A program made the position numbers and the translations under genes. A stretch of DNA of 63,694 nt, counting the filler, from Octopus bimaculoides (lineage: Eukaryota), in assembly GCF_001194135.2 (NCBI RefSeq). It is 6 parts of 5 records of this genome, joined end to end, with 100 filler letters (N's around TTAATTAATTAA, not from the genome) between each part and the next. Parts side by side here need not be neighbours in the genome. Positions count along the whole stretch, not along the records: positions 61,587 to 63,694 come from NC_068983.1; 5 more parts are not named here. One strand, given 5' to 3'. Shown here in pieces: positions 62,679 through 63,694 of this stretch. Under the pieces are notes generated by a model. The model did no database searches. It had not been told where the DNA came from and saw only the letters and a list, made by a program, of their open reading frames with translations. Numbering within the stretch: position 1 is the stretch's first letter; every line of letters begins with the position of its first letter.

Positions 62679-63655
62679 TATCAAGCTGAGTAAAAAGTAA
62701 GCAACGTTTTGAAACAAAATTTATCACAATATATTTCAACAATGCGGAAATTTTATTCATCAAAGTAAGTACCGTTACAATCAACACATTTTTGCCAATG
62801 AGTCACAAGTTTGTTTATTTCGGTCACATAAAAATCTGGAGTTCTGGAGCTGATGAACTCTTTGAACGTACTTTCAGCATCGGTTTGACTTTTGAACTCC
62901 TTCTTCTGCAGGAAATCATCAATGTGCTTGAAAAAGTAGTAGTCGGTAGGAGAAAGGTCTGAGGAAATAGCTGGGTGGGAAGAACTTCATAGCCAAATTC
63001 CCTCAACATCTGGAGCGTCATTAGTGAAACGTGTGGTCGAGCATTATCATGAAGAATGATTGACCCTCTTCTGTTGACCAGCCTGGGACGGAGGAGTAGC
63101 AGTTTTTCGTTCATATTGGCAATTTCATGATAATATGTTTCTGCAGTAATGGCTTTCCCGGGTTTTAAGAAGTTATAGTGGATGAGTCCAGCAGTACACC
63201 ACCAAACAGTCAACATAACCTTCTTTTTGAAGAGCTCGGGTTTAGGGAAGGTTTTCGGTGTTTCATTTTGATCCAACCACTGCAAAGAACGTTTTTTTTT
63301 ATTATTGTACAGAATCCACTTGTCATTGCAAGTTACAACACGGTCAAGAAATGGATCGGTCTGATTACGGAGAAGAAGTGACCAGCAGATTTTATATCTG
63401 CGCATTTTCTGATTTTTATTTAAATCGTGCGATACCCATTTGTCAAGCTTTTTTGATTTTCCGATCGCATGCAAATGGTTGCAGGTAGTTTTCTGGCTAA
63501 CTTGAAATTCTTTTACCAGTTCCCGAGTGGTTTTACGTGGATCTTTCTCAATGACGGTCATTAATAGGCGTCCACTACGCTCACGATATTTAAGGTTCAG
63601 GTCTCCACTGCGAAATCTTTAAACCATTTTCGAGGTGACCTCTCACAGGTCATGC
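62679..63655 (-). mobile_element. Mariner DD34D element, 5' truncated, transposase pseudogene
   Basis: ORF 62824-63561 has KWVSHDL, VTCNDKW (1st Asp degenerate), KKVMLTVWW, HDNARPH, then frameshifts to YFFKHIDDFL...KCVDCNGTYFDE*. TIR TA-tcaagctgagtaaaaagtaagcaacg at 62679. Confidence 0.92.
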
Positions 63656-63694
63656 ATATATACATACATATATGTACATACCTACATATATATA

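Overview
Repeat-dominated, AT-rich eukaryotic (metazoan) DNA from a draft assembly. About 8 kb is N gaps, and five gaps are artificial 44N-TTAATTAATTAA-44N spacers. The microsatellite density and SINE families suggest a cephalopod (Octopus-like) genome; this is inference from recalled repeat families, not a database match. I found no host protein-coding gene, tRNA, rRNA or CRISPR array that I can support. Almost all long ORFs in the track are gap or microsatellite artefacts or transposase remnants. The window contains several tRNA-derived SINE families with shared, swapped modules. It also contains decayed mariner DD34D, maT DD37D and rosa DD41D DNA transposons, MITEs (TA, TTAA and hAT types), Helitron-like non-autonomous elements, and RTE, CR1 and Tx1-like LINE fragments. 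The most interesting signal is a set of minimal type-I hammerhead ribozyme motifs (CUGANGA...GAAA...UH with very short, often palindromic stem III). One follows a Penelope-like GIY-YIG remnant (19758-19796, minus). Two sit back-to-back in a ~160-bp palindrome (38148-38307). Others mark a short non-coding repeat family (26577, 47322, 59467). A second highlight is a fold-back DD41D element whose ~345-bp inverted arms both carry the transposase 3' end (41967-42806).
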